A stretch of DNA of 38,112 nt from a virus (taxonomy: Duplodnaviria > Caudoviricetes). Made by a program: the position numbers and the translations under genes. The stretch covers positions 1-38,112 of IMG/VR virus record IMGVR_UViG_3300042363_000224. The stretch is one strand, 5' to 3'. The notes under the pieces were generated by a model that was not told the DNA's origin, made no database searches, and worked only from the letters and a program-made list of their open reading frames with translations. Shown here piece by piece: positions 18,195 through 28,478 of this stretch. Every line of letters starts with the position of its first letter. Position 1 is the first letter of the stretch.

Positions 18195-19133
18195 CTAGGC
18201 TGTCTTAGCCGTCAACTTGCCTTGCTTTGCAGCGTTACGGCAGGTGAGGTTACCGTAGCACATGATGAGTGCATAACGGGCATCCAAGTCCTCAGGACGA
18301 ACAAACTCGGTTTGTGAGAACCACTTGCCTGAGTGACCAACCAAGGTTAGGTACTTGCTGTTCAAGAAGTACACAATACCTGCGGTGCAATGCTCATCGT
18401 AAACAACAGGAGCAGCCTTGAACAACAGGTTCTGGAATCCAGCATCTGCGGTCTTGGTGTCGGTGTAACGCAACTGTGGTTGCAACAATGCTTCGTACTT
18501 TTCAAACAGAGTCTGGGTCGTGAGAACCATGTCTGGGTGGTCGTTACCAACAGAAACGCTGTTGTAAGCAGTTGACATTTGTGCGAGGGTCAACGCTGTT
18601 GCGGTGTTTTCCTCGTATGAACGCCAGTACTCGTTACCTGCTGTTGCACGGTTGATACCGCCAACGGTTCCTGAAGCCTCAACGAGGTTTCCAAGACCGT
18701 TCCAGTCCTTGCTGCTGTTGCCAGTTCCATCGGCGTAGAACATGCGGTTGAAACCTTCACGCATTGATTCTTCAGCCTGCATGATTTTGGCTTCCAACAA
18801 GTTGATGATTTCTTGTTCACCGTTGTTCTTGGCTTCTTCAATACCGCTAATTGCGATTGATGCAGCGTACTGCTTCCAATCGTATTCAGCAGCCGTGATG
18901 CCAGTTTGTGCGGTCAACGAGATTGAGTCATAACCACTGTACGACTTAACAGTTGAACTTTCACCGTAGATGAGTGGCTCAACAATCTTGGTTCCACCGT
19001 TAAGCATGCGGATGCGACCCTTATCCTGAAGGAAGTAGGTCAACGGGCGTGCCGTAAAGATGTTGTCCGTGAGTTGGTCACGATAGTTTGCGAGCGTTGT
19101 ACTGAGCAACGCATCAAAGTTTGCATTAGACAT
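18195..19133 (-). CDS. Major capsid protein
   Basis: 312 aa following portal and scaffold; LLSTTL..Y...L.DNIF, GG.KI.EPL.Y, YFLNSKYL, YGNLTCRN. Confidence 0.9.
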   Translation of the reverse strand: MSNANFDALLSTTLANYRDQLTDNIFTARPLTYFLQDKGRIRMLNGGTKIVEPLIYGESSTVKSYSGYDSISLTAQTGITAAEYDWKQYAASIAISGIEEAKNNGEQEIINLLEAKIMQAEESMREGFNRMFYADGTGNSSKDWNGLGNLVEASGTVGGINRATAGNEYWRSYEENTATALTLAQMSTAYNSVSVGNDHPDMVLTTQTLFEKYEALLQPQLRYTDTKTADAGFQNLLFKAAPVVYDEHCTAGIVYFLNSKYLTLVGHSGKWFSQTEFVRPEDLDARYALIMCYGNLTCRNAAKQGKLTAKTA

Positions 19134-19162
19134 TATGTTCTCCTAAAAGAATGTAGTAGTTT

Positions 19163-19948
19163 TTATTTTGCGCCCATAGAACGCTTGGCGGCAGCCCAAG
19201 CCTCAGCGACTGATGTAATGGGCTCAAAACTTTCACTAGTTGTAGAAGCCGTAGCGGACGAACCACCCGACACCACACTGGCTTGCCTTTTGGATTCCAA
19301 CAAAGAGTTTTCTTTCTGTTGTTGGACTTCACGGGCTTGCCGTTCTAGTTCTGCTTTTGCCATCATTTTATCAAACGCAATCTGCTTGTATGTACCTTCC
19401 AAATCCGTTGAGTTCAACCGCAAAGCGGATGTAACAACTTCATTGATATTGAAATCCTCATATTTGGACTTTAGTCGTTGAACTTCACGCTCAATTTCCT
19501 GTTTGGATTGATAATCCTCAAACGATGCAAGACGCTTGTCAAGTTCCCGATACTTTTGTTCCGTAGGGTCCAAAGAATCAAAATCTTCACCATCAGCAAT
19601 CATTTCGCTAACAGCCTGACGGCTGATACCGTAATGCTTACTCAATAAGTCAATCGTAGCGGCAGGGTCATTATCTAAAGCCGATTGAAGTGCAGTAGCA
19701 AATTGAAACTGTTCTTTTTGCTGTGCAAGTTCTTGCGTCTTACGAGTATAATCTGCTTGGCGTTGATAACCAGCGAGTGCCTCACTTAGAGGTACTTCCA
19801 AATCCTCACCATCTAATTTGATTGGAACTCTATAATTAGAATATTCCTCAACAGATAAAATTGGTGTATTCGGGCTTTCTGAAACACTTTCTGTAACGGG
19901 TGACCCTTCGGGTTCCACAGACGGTGTTGTTACGAGTTCATCACTCAT
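19163..19948 (-). CDS. Capsid scaffolding protein
   Basis: DGEDLEVPLSE...GYQRQADYTRKTQELA; acidic coiled coil between portal and capsid genes. Confidence 0.85.
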   Translation of the reverse strand: MSDELVTTPSVEPEGSPVTESVSESPNTPILSVEEYSNYRVPIKLDGEDLEVPLSEALAGYQRQADYTRKTQELAQQKEQFQFATALQSALDNDPAATIDLLSKHYGISRQAVSEMIADGEDFDSLDPTEQKYRELDKRLASFEDYQSKQEIEREVQRLKSKYEDFNINEVVTSALRLNSTDLEGTYKQIAFDKMMAKAELERQAREVQQQKENSLLESKRQASVVSGGSSATASTTSESFEPITSVAEAWAAAKRSMGAK

Positions 19949-20005
19949 TATGTTATTTCTCCTAGAGTCCTAGTTGGTTGCTCTACATATGAAATTGCTG
20001 TTCCT

Positions 20006-21775
20006 TTATGCCATTGGCGGCATCTGTCCTTGCTGTGCAAGCATCGCTTGCAACATGGCAGGGTCACCATTTAAGGGACCAGCACCTTGTTCAGCAGGGA
20101 CAGGAGGGAGTCCTTCTGGAGGCATTGGAGGTGCGCCAGCACCACCCATTTCAGGACCCATAGCAGGTGGGGCTTGTTGTGCCAAGAACTCGTCAGGGTT
20201 CTTCACACCAAAGCCCTGCTGTAGTACATAGGCGGCAAGTTTAGCCATATCTATAATTCCTGCGCCAGCAAACGGAGCCATAGCGTCAACCATTTGCAAT
20301 GCCATCTGTCGGCGGAATGATTCGTTATGTGGCTGTGTTGAACCAGCAACTACTTCAAAATCAAAGTCACCTTCCAAATAGTCACGGTCAAACTGCACCC
20401 AAACAGGCTCACCATCTTTACCAGTAATACGGGCTACCTGTTCGCCTGACATATATTGTCTTGCTAGGGCAACCATGCGGCGACCTACTTCGCTGATGGC
20501 TTGTTCAACCATAGCCAACTTGTCAGCAGTACGGGCGTTGCTGGCATCCTGCACCAAAGCGGATTCGGTTGCGGTACGGCGAATTTCGCTGGTTCCGCCA
20601 CGCTGAATTTCTGATACACCAGAAACACGGTCAATGTCAGCAATGATAGTTGAGGTTTGGTCATAGAAATCTGGTGGGTTAATCAAAGCAGGGAAGTTTG
20701 CTACAACACCACTTAGGGCTTCGTCACTGATTACTGGGACCATCACATTGTCGTCATCAGACTCCAATGCTTGGCGACCCATACCATCAAAGGCTGATTC
20801 CTTGTATAGGTATTTGCGTGAATACTTTTTACGGTGATTCATCATTTGGGTTCGGGTTTCATTCAACTCTTTTTGCAAAGGTTCAATAGATTCCAAATCT
20901 CCAATAGGATAAAAATGGTCGGGGACATCATAGTTACGCAACATAACAAACGGCTGACCAAACGAGTATGGCATTGCTGTTGGCTTGACCAAGAAGTTTT
21001 CTGCACCTTCACAGAAAACACTCATTGATTTTGCGGCAACATCATAAAACTCAAAAACTTCGGCATAACCTTCGTTTTTGTCGTTAATCTTTTTACGGCT
21101 TGGGTCATCGGCATAACGGCTAACAGCCATAACTTGCACTTCGTCCCTAGCAGCCTTTGAGTAACGCTTGTCGTTTTTTACATCATAGATTGGTCGGCGG
21201 ATACGCTGAGCAATCCATTTGATGTCACGCATACTGGTTGCATCTGGGTCAACAAAAACATCCATAGGGCTGACACGCTCAGCAAAAGGACTGTCCTCTA
21301 GGATTATGGTTGTGGATGTCATTTCTCCACCCTCTATAGGGTCGGAAACTTCTGTGTCTTGTCCAACTACTTCTTCTTCAACAAAACGGTAACCACTCTT
21401 AATCCAACCATGACCACAAATCAAAGAGTCTTTTACTGCACGGCGGAACTCGGTACGAATGTCACGATGCTTCCACCAATAGTTGACAACCGCTTCAGCA
21501 ATAACTGCATTGGCAGCGTTTTCTGGTTTAACAGAGTTAACAGCAATCTTGGGGAAGTTTACTGAAATGTTTGGGGCAATAATGTTGATAGTTGCAAAAG
21601 CAATATTAACCAACAGTCTGTCCTCGTCACGATAGTCCTCATATTGATGACCTTTATACAGGTCTATGAGTCTGCGCCAAACCTCATCGTAACCTTCGTC
21701 TTTGCGCCAACGCTTAGATGCCTCTAGGCGTTGCTTGTATGCTTTAAGTTGGTCTGCTGCTGATTTCTTAGCCAT
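20006..21775 (-). CDS. Portal protein
   Basis: 589 aa; RVSPMDVFVDPDA, TATE motif, Pro/Gln-rich tail; position. Confidence 0.9.
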   Translation of the reverse strand: MAKKSAADQLKAYKQRLEASKRWRKDEGYDEVWRRLIDLYKGHQYEDYRDEDRLLVNIAFATINIIAPNISVNFPKIAVNSVKPENAANAVIAEAVVNYWWKHRDIRTEFRRAVKDSLICGHGWIKSGYRFVEEEVVGQDTEVSDPIEGGEMTSTTIILEDSPFAERVSPMDVFVDPDATSMRDIKWIAQRIRRPIYDVKNDKRYSKAARDEVQVMAVSRYADDPSRKKINDKNEGYAEVFEFYDVAAKSMSVFCEGAENFLVKPTAMPYSFGQPFVMLRNYDVPDHFYPIGDLESIEPLQKELNETRTQMMNHRKKYSRKYLYKESAFDGMGRQALESDDDNVMVPVISDEALSGVVANFPALINPPDFYDQTSTIIADIDRVSGVSEIQRGGTSEIRRTATESALVQDASNARTADKLAMVEQAISEVGRRMVALARQYMSGEQVARITGKDGEPVWVQFDRDYLEGDFDFEVVAGSTQPHNESFRRQMALQMVDAMAPFAGAGIIDMAKLAAYVLQQGFGVKNPDEFLAQQAPPAMGPEMGGAGAPPMPPEGLPPVPAEQGAGPLNGDPAMLQAMLAQQGQMPPMA

Positions 21776-21982
21776 TTACTTTGTGTCCTTTTGACCTTCA
21801 TGCCAACCAATATGGTTGTCAAGTTTGCTACCTATTTTGTCAACCTTAGACCCGATAATCCGAAGAAGGACTTGCCCTTGTGCGTGTTGTTCGGTGTTTT
21901 CTTTACGAAGTTTTTGTAAGACAACCACGACTGGTCCCGTGATGAGCGCAACGATGATTGGGACCCATACGGATGAAAGCAT
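21776..21982 (-). CDS. Small membrane protein (holin-like)
   Basis: N-terminal hydrophobic helix followed by a short coiled coil. Confidence 0.6.
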   Translation of the reverse strand: MLSSVWVPIIVALITGPVVVVLQKLRKENTEQHAQGQVLLRIIGSKVDKIGSKLDNHIGWHEGQKDTK

Positions 21983-21988
21983 GATTCA

Positions 21989-22210
21989 TTACATCCAGTT
22001 CGTGACTGGTTCAGCGTTGTACCCGTTGATTTTAGCCTGTTCCACAGTTTGACGCTGACGCTCAGCGACAGTAGGACCATGAAAATCTTCTTGACCATAA
22101 GTGAATCCCAATCTAACGGTTTTAATATGACACGCAAAACAAACCTCGCCCCTGCGGGGAAGTTCGTCTGAGGCAAAAGTTTTGTCACAATTTGTGCATT
22201 TAAACATCAT
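21989..22210 (-). CDS. Zn-ribbon protein
   Basis: CTNC...CFAC; GGAAC motif upstream and no SD. Confidence 0.7.
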   Translation of the reverse strand: MMFKCTNCDKTFASDELPRRGEVCFACHIKTVRLGFTYGQEDFHGPTVAERQRQTVEQAKINGYNAEPVTNWM

Positions 22211-22235
22211 AATAGTACTGAATCTGTTCCTAAGG

Positions 22236-23834
22236 TTAAAAAGGTGTTCGTTTTCTCACATTATGGGAACCAAGAAACATCCGATTTTCACCTTGACCAC
22301 TAAAAAGGTGTTGTTCCCACCACATCAAACTGTTTTTAGGCAAAGAAACATCACCACGATATTCAGGCAACCACACATACTTTAACATTTGGTTGGCGAT
22401 AGCCAAACTAATAATTCTGTCGTCATGTGGGCTACCAGACATACGACCATTCTCCTTGCGAACAAATGTTCGCAACTCGCCCAAAGTCTTAGCACACAAT
22501 ATGATTACACCCTCATCACGGATAGCGGCACTAAGTTCGTCAATAGCCAACGGCTTACTAGAGGATGTAGTTCGCCAACCCAACACATCACTAGGGTCAG
22601 CACGGACAGCATTAAGGCGGCGTTGCTTATAAAGATTCTTATAACCATGCTTCTGTGCAGCCTTCAGGGTAGTCAAACCGTGGTTGTTGCTTTCAATACC
22701 CAACAACCCTGTGTTGTACCACCAACCTATTTCAGCCAACAGTTCACCAAACAAGTCAGGCTCAATATGTCCATGCCAATGAGCAACCACAAGTCCAGTT
22801 GCAGCATCCACAACATGGGCAGAACTGTAGTCACCATAACTTAGTCCTTCAGCGACATCGGCTCCAATCACATAGGTTCCACCAGTCTCAGGGTATGACC
22901 AAACTTCTAGTTCACCGTTTTCTTGAAAACGGAACTCACCATTGCCATCAGAATATAAATGGTAATATCCAACATGACCATCTTCTGGTTGCATATTGTT
23001 TAGCATGTCAATATCAAAAACAGGGTTACCTGATTTGATGAACGCTTCCTCAGGGAAGCGTGGATACTCTTGATGCATCTGCCAAGATTGCATGTTACGG
23101 CTCTTAGCCTCATACCAATCTTCACCACGCTCACCATCAGCATCCCAAGGATAAAAAATACCTTTAAACTTGTTAGACCCTGTTTGCGAACCAACCCACA
23201 GTTGATGAAAAAAATTTCCAGAACCATTAGCAGTGGACAAACCAACAACACGACCACCGACATCGGTAATAGGTTCAATAGAAGCCCACGCTTCCTCAGG
23301 GTTAGGTAAAAACGCCCATTCGTCCACAATAACTAAATACACCGACTCACCACGAGCAGGGTCGCTACCTGAAGGCAACGACTCAATAGCAGACTCGTTA
23401 TCAAACATCATTTTAAGTTGATGGTCAGTGGTCTGCCTAGGTCCACGCTCTTTCATCCACTGTGGAATAAAACGGTAACCATACTTGCTCTTGGCAAGCA
23501 ACTTCACAGACTCACGCTCAGTACGGGACAACATAACAACAAAACGGTCAGGTGCAAAGAACACTAACCAGAAAGCGTATGCGGCAGCCAAAGTAGAAAA
23601 CCCAATTTGACGGGCTTTCAACACAATTGTGTAACGCTCCGACATCCAAGTTTTAACTGTATCAATTTGCGACTCACGCAAATTAAACTTTATACGACCC
23701 TTTTCAGGATGTTTAATACACCAAAAGGTTTCACAAAAATATATGAAAGCCTCTAGTTGTTGGTCAATGGTTGCTTTCTCTGGACCACGACATTTCCTCC
23801 ACTCTTTTTCATTTATGAGTGCGTTTAAATCCAT
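22236..23834 (-). CDS. terL: Terminase large subunit
   Basis: LKARQIGFST, VIVDEWAF, STANG, nuclease motifs GADVAEG and HDDRII. Confidence 0.95.
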   Translation of the reverse strand: MDLNALINEKEWRKCRGPEKATIDQQLEAFIYFCETFWCIKHPEKGRIKFNLRESQIDTVKTWMSERYTIVLKARQIGFSTLAAAYAFWLVFFAPDRFVVMLSRTERESVKLLAKSKYGYRFIPQWMKERGPRQTTDHQLKMMFDNESAIESLPSGSDPARGESVYLVIVDEWAFLPNPEEAWASIEPITDVGGRVVGLSTANGSGNFFHQLWVGSQTGSNKFKGIFYPWDADGERGEDWYEAKSRNMQSWQMHQEYPRFPEEAFIKSGNPVFDIDMLNNMQPEDGHVGYYHLYSDGNGEFRFQENGELEVWSYPETGGTYVIGADVAEGLSYGDYSSAHVVDAATGLVVAHWHGHIEPDLFGELLAEIGWWYNTGLLGIESNNHGLTTLKAAQKHGYKNLYKQRRLNAVRADPSDVLGWRTTSSSKPLAIDELSAAIRDEGVIILCAKTLGELRTFVRKENGRMSGSPHDDRIISLAIANQMLKYVWLPEYRGDVSLPKNSLMWWEQHLFSGQGENRMFLGSHNVRKRTPF

Positions 23835-24256
23835 TTAGGTTTACCACCCCACGGACCAAAACCATCACCATAACGACTATGAGCATAATCATAAATAGCC
23901 ATAAAGGCTTTAGCGGAGACAACAGGATTATAAAGTTGATGGCACTTTTCTAAAACACCAGCATCCTGAAGAAAACCCTGTTTGGTGTATCGGTTTGGTT
24001 TACACCAAAACTTGTTGATTTGAAACAACCCAACCGAGCCGCCCATAGGGTCGGCACGGTTAATACTTGTTGGTTGACACCTAGATTCACGCCACATAAT
24101 ATAGTCCACTTGAAGAATCATTTTATCGCTATCTGCAATAATGCGAGTAATGCCCTCCATTTCTGGACACCTAAGAACCAAAGGTTTCTTTGCAGAAACA
24201 CTGGTCGGTGAAAAAAACATGCCAATAATTAATGAGATAACAAAAAATTTCCTCAT
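23825..24256 (-). CDS. Secreted SLT-type lytic transglycosylase
   Basis: Signal peptide; catalytic WRESRC, GLFQIN, LYNPVVS. Confidence 0.8.
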   Translation of the reverse strand: MRKFFVISLIIGMFFSPTSVSAKKPLVLRCPEMEGITRIIADSDKMILQVDYIMWRESRCQPTSINRADPMGGSVGLFQINKFWCKPNRYTKQGFLQDAGVLEKCHQLYNPVVSAKAFMAIYDYAHSRYGDGFGPWGGKPKWI

Positions 24257-24294
24257 AATTTCCTATCTGTGCAAACAATTGCACATCGGGGATA

Positions 24295-24840
24295 TTACTT
24301 GCTAGATTCCTTCCAAGCCACAACGGCTTCAGGTGTAGCATCACCTGCAACATAACGAATATGCCAAGGTTCGGCGGGAACTACTTCCCAACTAAAACCA
24401 AACTTGGCAATGTTATTAAACATCCATTCCAAAATCTTACCATTAGCACCAGCGACATCCACCGCAATACCCAACATATGTTTAGAACAATTCTTTGGGT
24501 CATCATTAGGAGCCGCTAAAGGTGCAAAACCTTTTTTAAGATACCATTTAACACCATTCCAAGTGCGTGTCACCGCACCCTCAATAGGTTCCTTCTGGTA
24601 TCTTTGCATAAAACCTGCGGTTTGCTGTGCAATACTGCGGAACATGTCACCTGCGCTACTGGGAGATAACTTTATGCCATCAACCTTAGCAGCAGCAACC
24701 ATCGCTTCCCAAGCATCAGCCGCACACAACTCTAATTTACCACCACCCGAAACCTTGCGGAGCATGCTAGGGAGAACCTCAGACGGTTTTTTACCTTTTA
24801 GATGCTGGCAAGATTTAACGGGGGTGATAAACAGTTTCAT
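24295..24840 (-). CDS. Peptidase M15 (VanY-like) endolysin
   Basis: FRS..QQ, SKHMLGIAVD (SxHxxGxAxD), EPWH. Confidence 0.88.
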   Translation of the reverse strand: MKLFITPVKSCQHLKGKKPSEVLPSMLRKVSGGGKLELCAADAWEAMVAAAKVDGIKLSPSSAGDMFRSIAQQTAGFMQRYQKEPIEGAVTRTWNGVKWYLKKGFAPLAAPNDDPKNCSKHMLGIAVDVAGANGKILEWMFNNIAKFGFSWEVVPAEPWHIRYVAGDATPEAVVAWKESSK

Positions 24841-25112
24841 TACTTGGCTACAGCCTTAGCAACTTTCTTGGCTGCAATCTTTTTAGGGCTTGCACCAAAC
24901 GCTGCATCAATTTCATCCTTCGTCAGGACACCATCAATGCTTGCCTTTGCAAGACCTTCCGCAACCTTGAAAATGGATACTGCGCCAGCGATAAGAGCCG
25001 ACTTCCATACTTCTAGGTCTGGAGCAATAACAGCAGCACCAGTCACCACGCCAAGGGCGTTGGTGAGAAAAAGTGCAACAATTCTGCCTGCAATGTCTTT
25101 TGCCTTATTCAT
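24840..25112 (-). CDS. Putative holin
   Basis: Two hydrophobic helices and a basic tail; AAGGAG SD before ATG 25112; adjacent to the endolysin. Confidence 0.65.
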   Translation of the reverse strand: MNKAKDIAGRIVALFLTNALGVVTGAAVIAPDLEVWKSALIAGAVSIFKVAEGLAKASIDGVLTKDEIDAAFGASPKKIAAKKVAKAVAK

Positions 25113-25272
25113 TTTTCTCCTTAATAAATACACCAACAAGGTGTACAGTTAATGCTACTAAGGTAATTTGCCAACCCAAAGAACGGGTATTGCCAGACAA
25201 GGTAATTAAAACCATGCCTGTTCCAGCCAAAGTCCAAGTAAGACCATGAATCTCAGAAAAAAACCTTTTCAC
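25105..25272 (-). CDS. 55-aa two-TM membrane protein (not in ORF track)
   Basis: GTG start, MKRFFSEIHGLTWTLAG...VFIKEKNE; AGAAC-N8-TA motif at the standard distance. Confidence 0.7.
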   Translation of the reverse strand: MKRFFSEIHGLTWTLAGTGMVLITLSGNTRSLGWQITLVALTVHLVGVFIKEKNE

Positions 25273-25290
25273 CCTAATAGGCTAATTGTT

Positions 25291-26694
25291 CTACGGGAAC
25301 TTCCTAGAACCAACAGCAGCCATTGCTGCACCAGCAGCAACAGCAATAAGGGTTCTACGAGTATCAACAGGAATATTAGACCCCACAGGAACATAATCTC
25401 CTAGGTCCGAAGCAAAAATATCAATACTAGTTTCAAACTGTGTACGAATCTCCTCAGGGGCAGACTGAACAGCCTCAATCAATTCAGAAACCTGCTCAAC
25501 AGTCAAATTATCAACCTGTAACGCCTCAAATACTTTCTCAGCATTGTCCACGCTAATAACAGACAAAACTTCTGGGCTTGTGGCTAAAGCCACAGCCTGC
25601 TCCTGACTAGGTTCTTCCTGACTTAGAATTTCATCAACAACCTGTTCAACTTGTTCAGGTGTTAACTCCTCAAAAATTTCTTGTAATTCCTCAATGGTGG
25701 TTGCTTCAGCAACCAAAGCCTGAACTTCTTCTTCAGCCAATGGCTCTAAATTTGTCTCCAAATTTGGCTCTAAGGTTGTGGTAGTATCTTCGGGTGCTTC
25801 AGTTGTTATTGTCTCTGGTTCAGTTGTTGTGGTTTCTTCTTCAACTGTCGTGGTTGTTTCTTCGGGAAGCATCTCCTCTGGAATGGTTTCCTCTACTGGT
25901 GGCTCTGTGGTGTCTGGCACAGTTTCTTCAGGCTCTACAGGAACAGAAGTATCAACGGGTTCTGGCTCAACTATTTGAGGCTGTGTAACAGGTGTCGGAA
26001 CTGCTGGTGCTTGTGTTGTGGTCGTTGTTGATTCTGTCGTTGTTGTTTGGGGTACGGAAGAAGTAGTCGTAGTCGTAGTACTAGTTGTTGTCGTAGTTGA
26101 AGTAGATGTCGTACTGGTCGTTGTACTCGTACTTGATGTTAAGGTTTCTTGAACTATCGTAGTAGTCGTGCTGGTGGCAAGGACAGTCGTTTCGGGGACA
26201 ATAGTAGTAGTTGTCATCGTTGTTGAAGTCGTGGATGTTGTTGTAAATTCCCATAATGAAAGATTACTTATCGTTAAGTGACCAGCCTGACAGCATGAAT
26301 CAATTGAATATTGTCTAAAGGTAAATATATCACCAGCAGTAACAGTAACCGTTTCTGTTCCCGAAGCCCGATTCTGCTGTGTTAGCAAAGTATAAACACC
26401 GTTCACACCATATTGTGGTGGGTCATAAACCCACCCATCATGTGTCCAATATGACCAATCAAAAGAAACGCTAAAGACACCTTCAGGAATTGTGGTTTCA
26501 ATTTTAACCCAATTAGCCCCACTACACCCACCACCATCAGGTCCAGTAAGAACAATACTGTTATCAACTACATCTACAAAACCTGTGGCACAGGACTGCG
26601 AAGCGGTCCAGTCTCCTAAGCCATCTGCTTTAGCAACCGATGACCATAATGCCAGTATTGCTACTGGAACAAAGATTAACCAACGGGAACGCAT
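25291..26694 (-). CDS. Secreted/membrane-anchored Thr-rich mucin-like protein
   Basis: Signal peptide, Cys-containing beta domain, long Thr/Ser tract, acidic PEET region, hydrophobic C-terminus ending RKFP. Confidence 0.75.
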   Translation of the reverse strand: MRSRWLIFVPVAILALWSSVAKADGLGDWTASQSCATGFVDVVDNSIVLTGPDGGGCSGANWVKIETTIPEGVFSVSFDWSYWTHDGWVYDPPQYGVNGVYTLLTQQNRASGTETVTVTAGDIFTFRQYSIDSCCQAGHLTISNLSLWEFTTTSTTSTTMTTTTIVPETTVLATSTTTTIVQETLTSSTSTTTSTTSTSTTTTTSTTTTTTSSVPQTTTTESTTTTTQAPAVPTPVTQPQIVEPEPVDTSVPVEPEETVPDTTEPPVEETIPEEMLPEETTTTVEEETTTTEPETITTEAPEDTTTTLEPNLETNLEPLAEEEVQALVAEATTIEELQEIFEELTPEQVEQVVDEILSQEEPSQEQAVALATSPEVLSVISVDNAEKVFEALQVDNLTVEQVSELIEAVQSAPEEIRTQFETSIDIFASDLGDYVPVGSNIPVDTRRTLIAVAAGAAMAAVGSRKFP

Positions 26695-27206
26695 AGTTTT
26701 TTGTAAATCTTTGTTGCATCTTTGAATAGATAGTTGTTCTTTATTTCATATTTTATTTGAGACAAATCGGTGTTAGTCCAGTTAGCCCAGACATAATCAA
26801 CCGAATTACTAAAAGCAGCCTTTAAGGTGTCGTTGCTAGAAAAAAAAGATTTGTTCAATCCATAAACATCACAAACATAATTTATAGAACCAAGAGAATC
26901 ATTGGTCAACTGGTCAAATGGCAAAACAACAATCTTGTCCAATGAATCAATCTTTTCATAGTATGAGATATACCATTCCAAAACTTGTTCAGCACGATTT
27001 AATCGTTCGTCTTGTGTGGTTGAAATCCATGAAGCAACAGAGTCAACTGGATTGCGAATAATGGTTACAGGGTTTGGCTGATTATTCCAGTCGCTAATGC
27101 GATGTGAAAGCCAATTTAACTTAACATCAATTAACGCTGTTTGTACTAAATGTTCAAAGTAGTGATTACCTGAACGAGCAAACGCACCTAGCGTTATCGT
27201 GTCCAT
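26676..27206 (-). CDS. Sulfotransferase-like P-loop protein
   Basis: FARSGNHY (5'-PSB-like) and IIRNPVDSVAS (3'-PB-like). Confidence 0.65.
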   Translation of the reverse strand: MDTITLGAFARSGNHYFEHLVQTALIDVKLNWLSHRISDWNNQPNPVTIIRNPVDSVASWISTTQDERLNRAEQVLEWYISYYEKIDSLDKIVVLPFDQLTNDSLGSINYVCDVYGLNKSFFSSNDTLKAAFSNSVDYVWANWTNTDLSQIKYEIKNNYLFKDATKIYKKLCVPVG

Positions 27207-27532
27207 TCCTGAGTGTCCTCATTCCAAGCCCACAAACCATCGTCTAATGGTCTTGGGGTTGGTGGTTGCCAATCATTATTGGCGTCCAAAGACCATGAAG
27301 CAAAAGGTCGTGGTAATACAAACTCATCTCGCACAGGGTCATAAGAATAACCTATGCCAGCATACTGTTTGCGAATGTTGTGGTTGTATGAAGTCCGTTT
27401 ACAAACTTGTCCACGGAAGTTTCCATAATGGGTTTCCCAGTCGGAAATGCCGTCAACAACTTCGTCTTCGTTGCGACCAACAATCACTTCGGTTACAATA
27501 TTGTTTGAATCAAGAAATGCGTAATGTGCCAT
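27194..27532 (-). CDS. Tail-fibre-associated protein
   Basis: MAHYA..., RTSYN..IRKQYAGIGY.YD, W.W.E....W; this type typically follows Gly-rich fibre genes. Confidence 0.65.
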   Translation of the reverse strand: MAHYAFLDSNNIVTEVIVGRNEDEVVDGISDWETHYGNFRGQVCKRTSYNHNIRKQYAGIGYSYDPVRDEFVLPRPFASWSLDANNDWQPPTPRPLDDGLWAWNEDTQEWTR

Positions 27533-28467
27533 CAGAATGTAATCGGTCCAGTGCCGCCAGTAAATACATATATCTTATATCCACCAGTTATTGTTGTTGG
27601 TGTCAACCCACCACCAGTTTTTGTCAAACCAGCATCAATGGCAGTTAGATTGTCAAATGAATCTGGATAACGAATAATAACAGTACCAGAACCACCAGCA
27701 CCACCATAACGGTAAAGGACATATGTTGAACATCCACCACCACCACCACCTAAGTTTGTTCCACCTACGCTACCAGAACTATCTCTGCCTGAACCACCAA
27801 GACCACCACCGCCCGAACCACCGTCCACCGCATAACCGCTTTGGTTTCCACCACCACCGCCGCCACCACGGGTTACAGCAGTTCCAGTGATTGAACTTGA
27901 CAAACCGTTTCCACCAACAGCAGTGCTGTTAGTTGAACCACAACCAGCACCACCACCACCGCCAATAACAGTTTGAAATGAATCGTAACCCTGTCCAGTC
28001 ATTCCTGTTGTGGATTCATATGCACCTGCTCCACCACCGCAACCACCGTTGCTACCGTCACCGTTGTTGTAGTTACCAGCACCACCGCCATTTGATGTAA
28101 TTGTGCCAAAAACAGAGTTGTTTCCGTTAGCAAGGCTCGCACCACCACCACCGACAGTTACGGTGTATGCGGTTCCAGCAGAAATATTAAACAACGATTC
28201 CGCAGCCGAGCCACGACCTGATGTTGCACCAACAACTGATGTGCGATAACCGCCGCCACCACCACCGCCGCCTGAGTGGTATGCGCTTGCGGATTGACCG
28301 CCACCACCGCCACCTGCAAGAACCAAATACTCAACCGTAGGGGTAACTGCTGAACCACCAGCCCAATACGCAGCGACTTGAGCCGTGTTGCCACGGCGAC
28401 CACGGGGTTGCAAGGCTCCGCCACTAATGGCTTTACCACCAGCAAGATTTTTTACGACATCAGGCAT
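27532..28467 (-). CDS. Glycine-rich tail fibre/receptor-binding protein
   Basis: VEYLVLAGGGGG...GGSGTVIIRY glycine-rich domain. Confidence 0.75.
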   Translation of the reverse strand: MPDVVKNLAGGKAISGGALQPRGRRGNTAQVAAYWAGGSAVTPTVEYLVLAGGGGGGQSASAYHSGGGGGGGGYRTSVVGATSGRGSAAESLFNISAGTAYTVTVGGGGASLANGNNSVFGTITSNGGGAGNYNNGDGSNGGCGGGAGAYESTTGMTGQGYDSFQTVIGGGGGAGCGSTNSTAVGGNGLSSSITGTAVTRGGGGGGGNQSGYAVDGGSGGGGLGGSGRDSSGSVGGTNLGGGGGGCSTYVLYRYGGAGGSGTVIIRYPDSFDNLTAIDAGLTKTGGGLTPTTITGGYKIYVFTGGTGPITF

Positions 28468-28478
28468 CTAAGATGACC

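Noticed and set aside
1598-20760. Other CTGATGA heptamers (about 1598 and 17750 on +; 7254, 13194 and 20754 on -) as hammerheads
   Set aside because: They lie in coding sequence or at a gene junction, and I saw no flanking stems with GAAA/UH in register.
25790-26250. gtt/gta/gtc triplet repeats as a DNA repeat element or array
   Set aside because: Explained by Thr/Ser/Glu codons of the mucin-like protein.
27532-28467. ccaccacc repeats, or a diversity-generating retroelement target in the fibre gene
   Set aside because: These are poly-Gly codons; no reverse transcriptase or TR/VR pair was seen.
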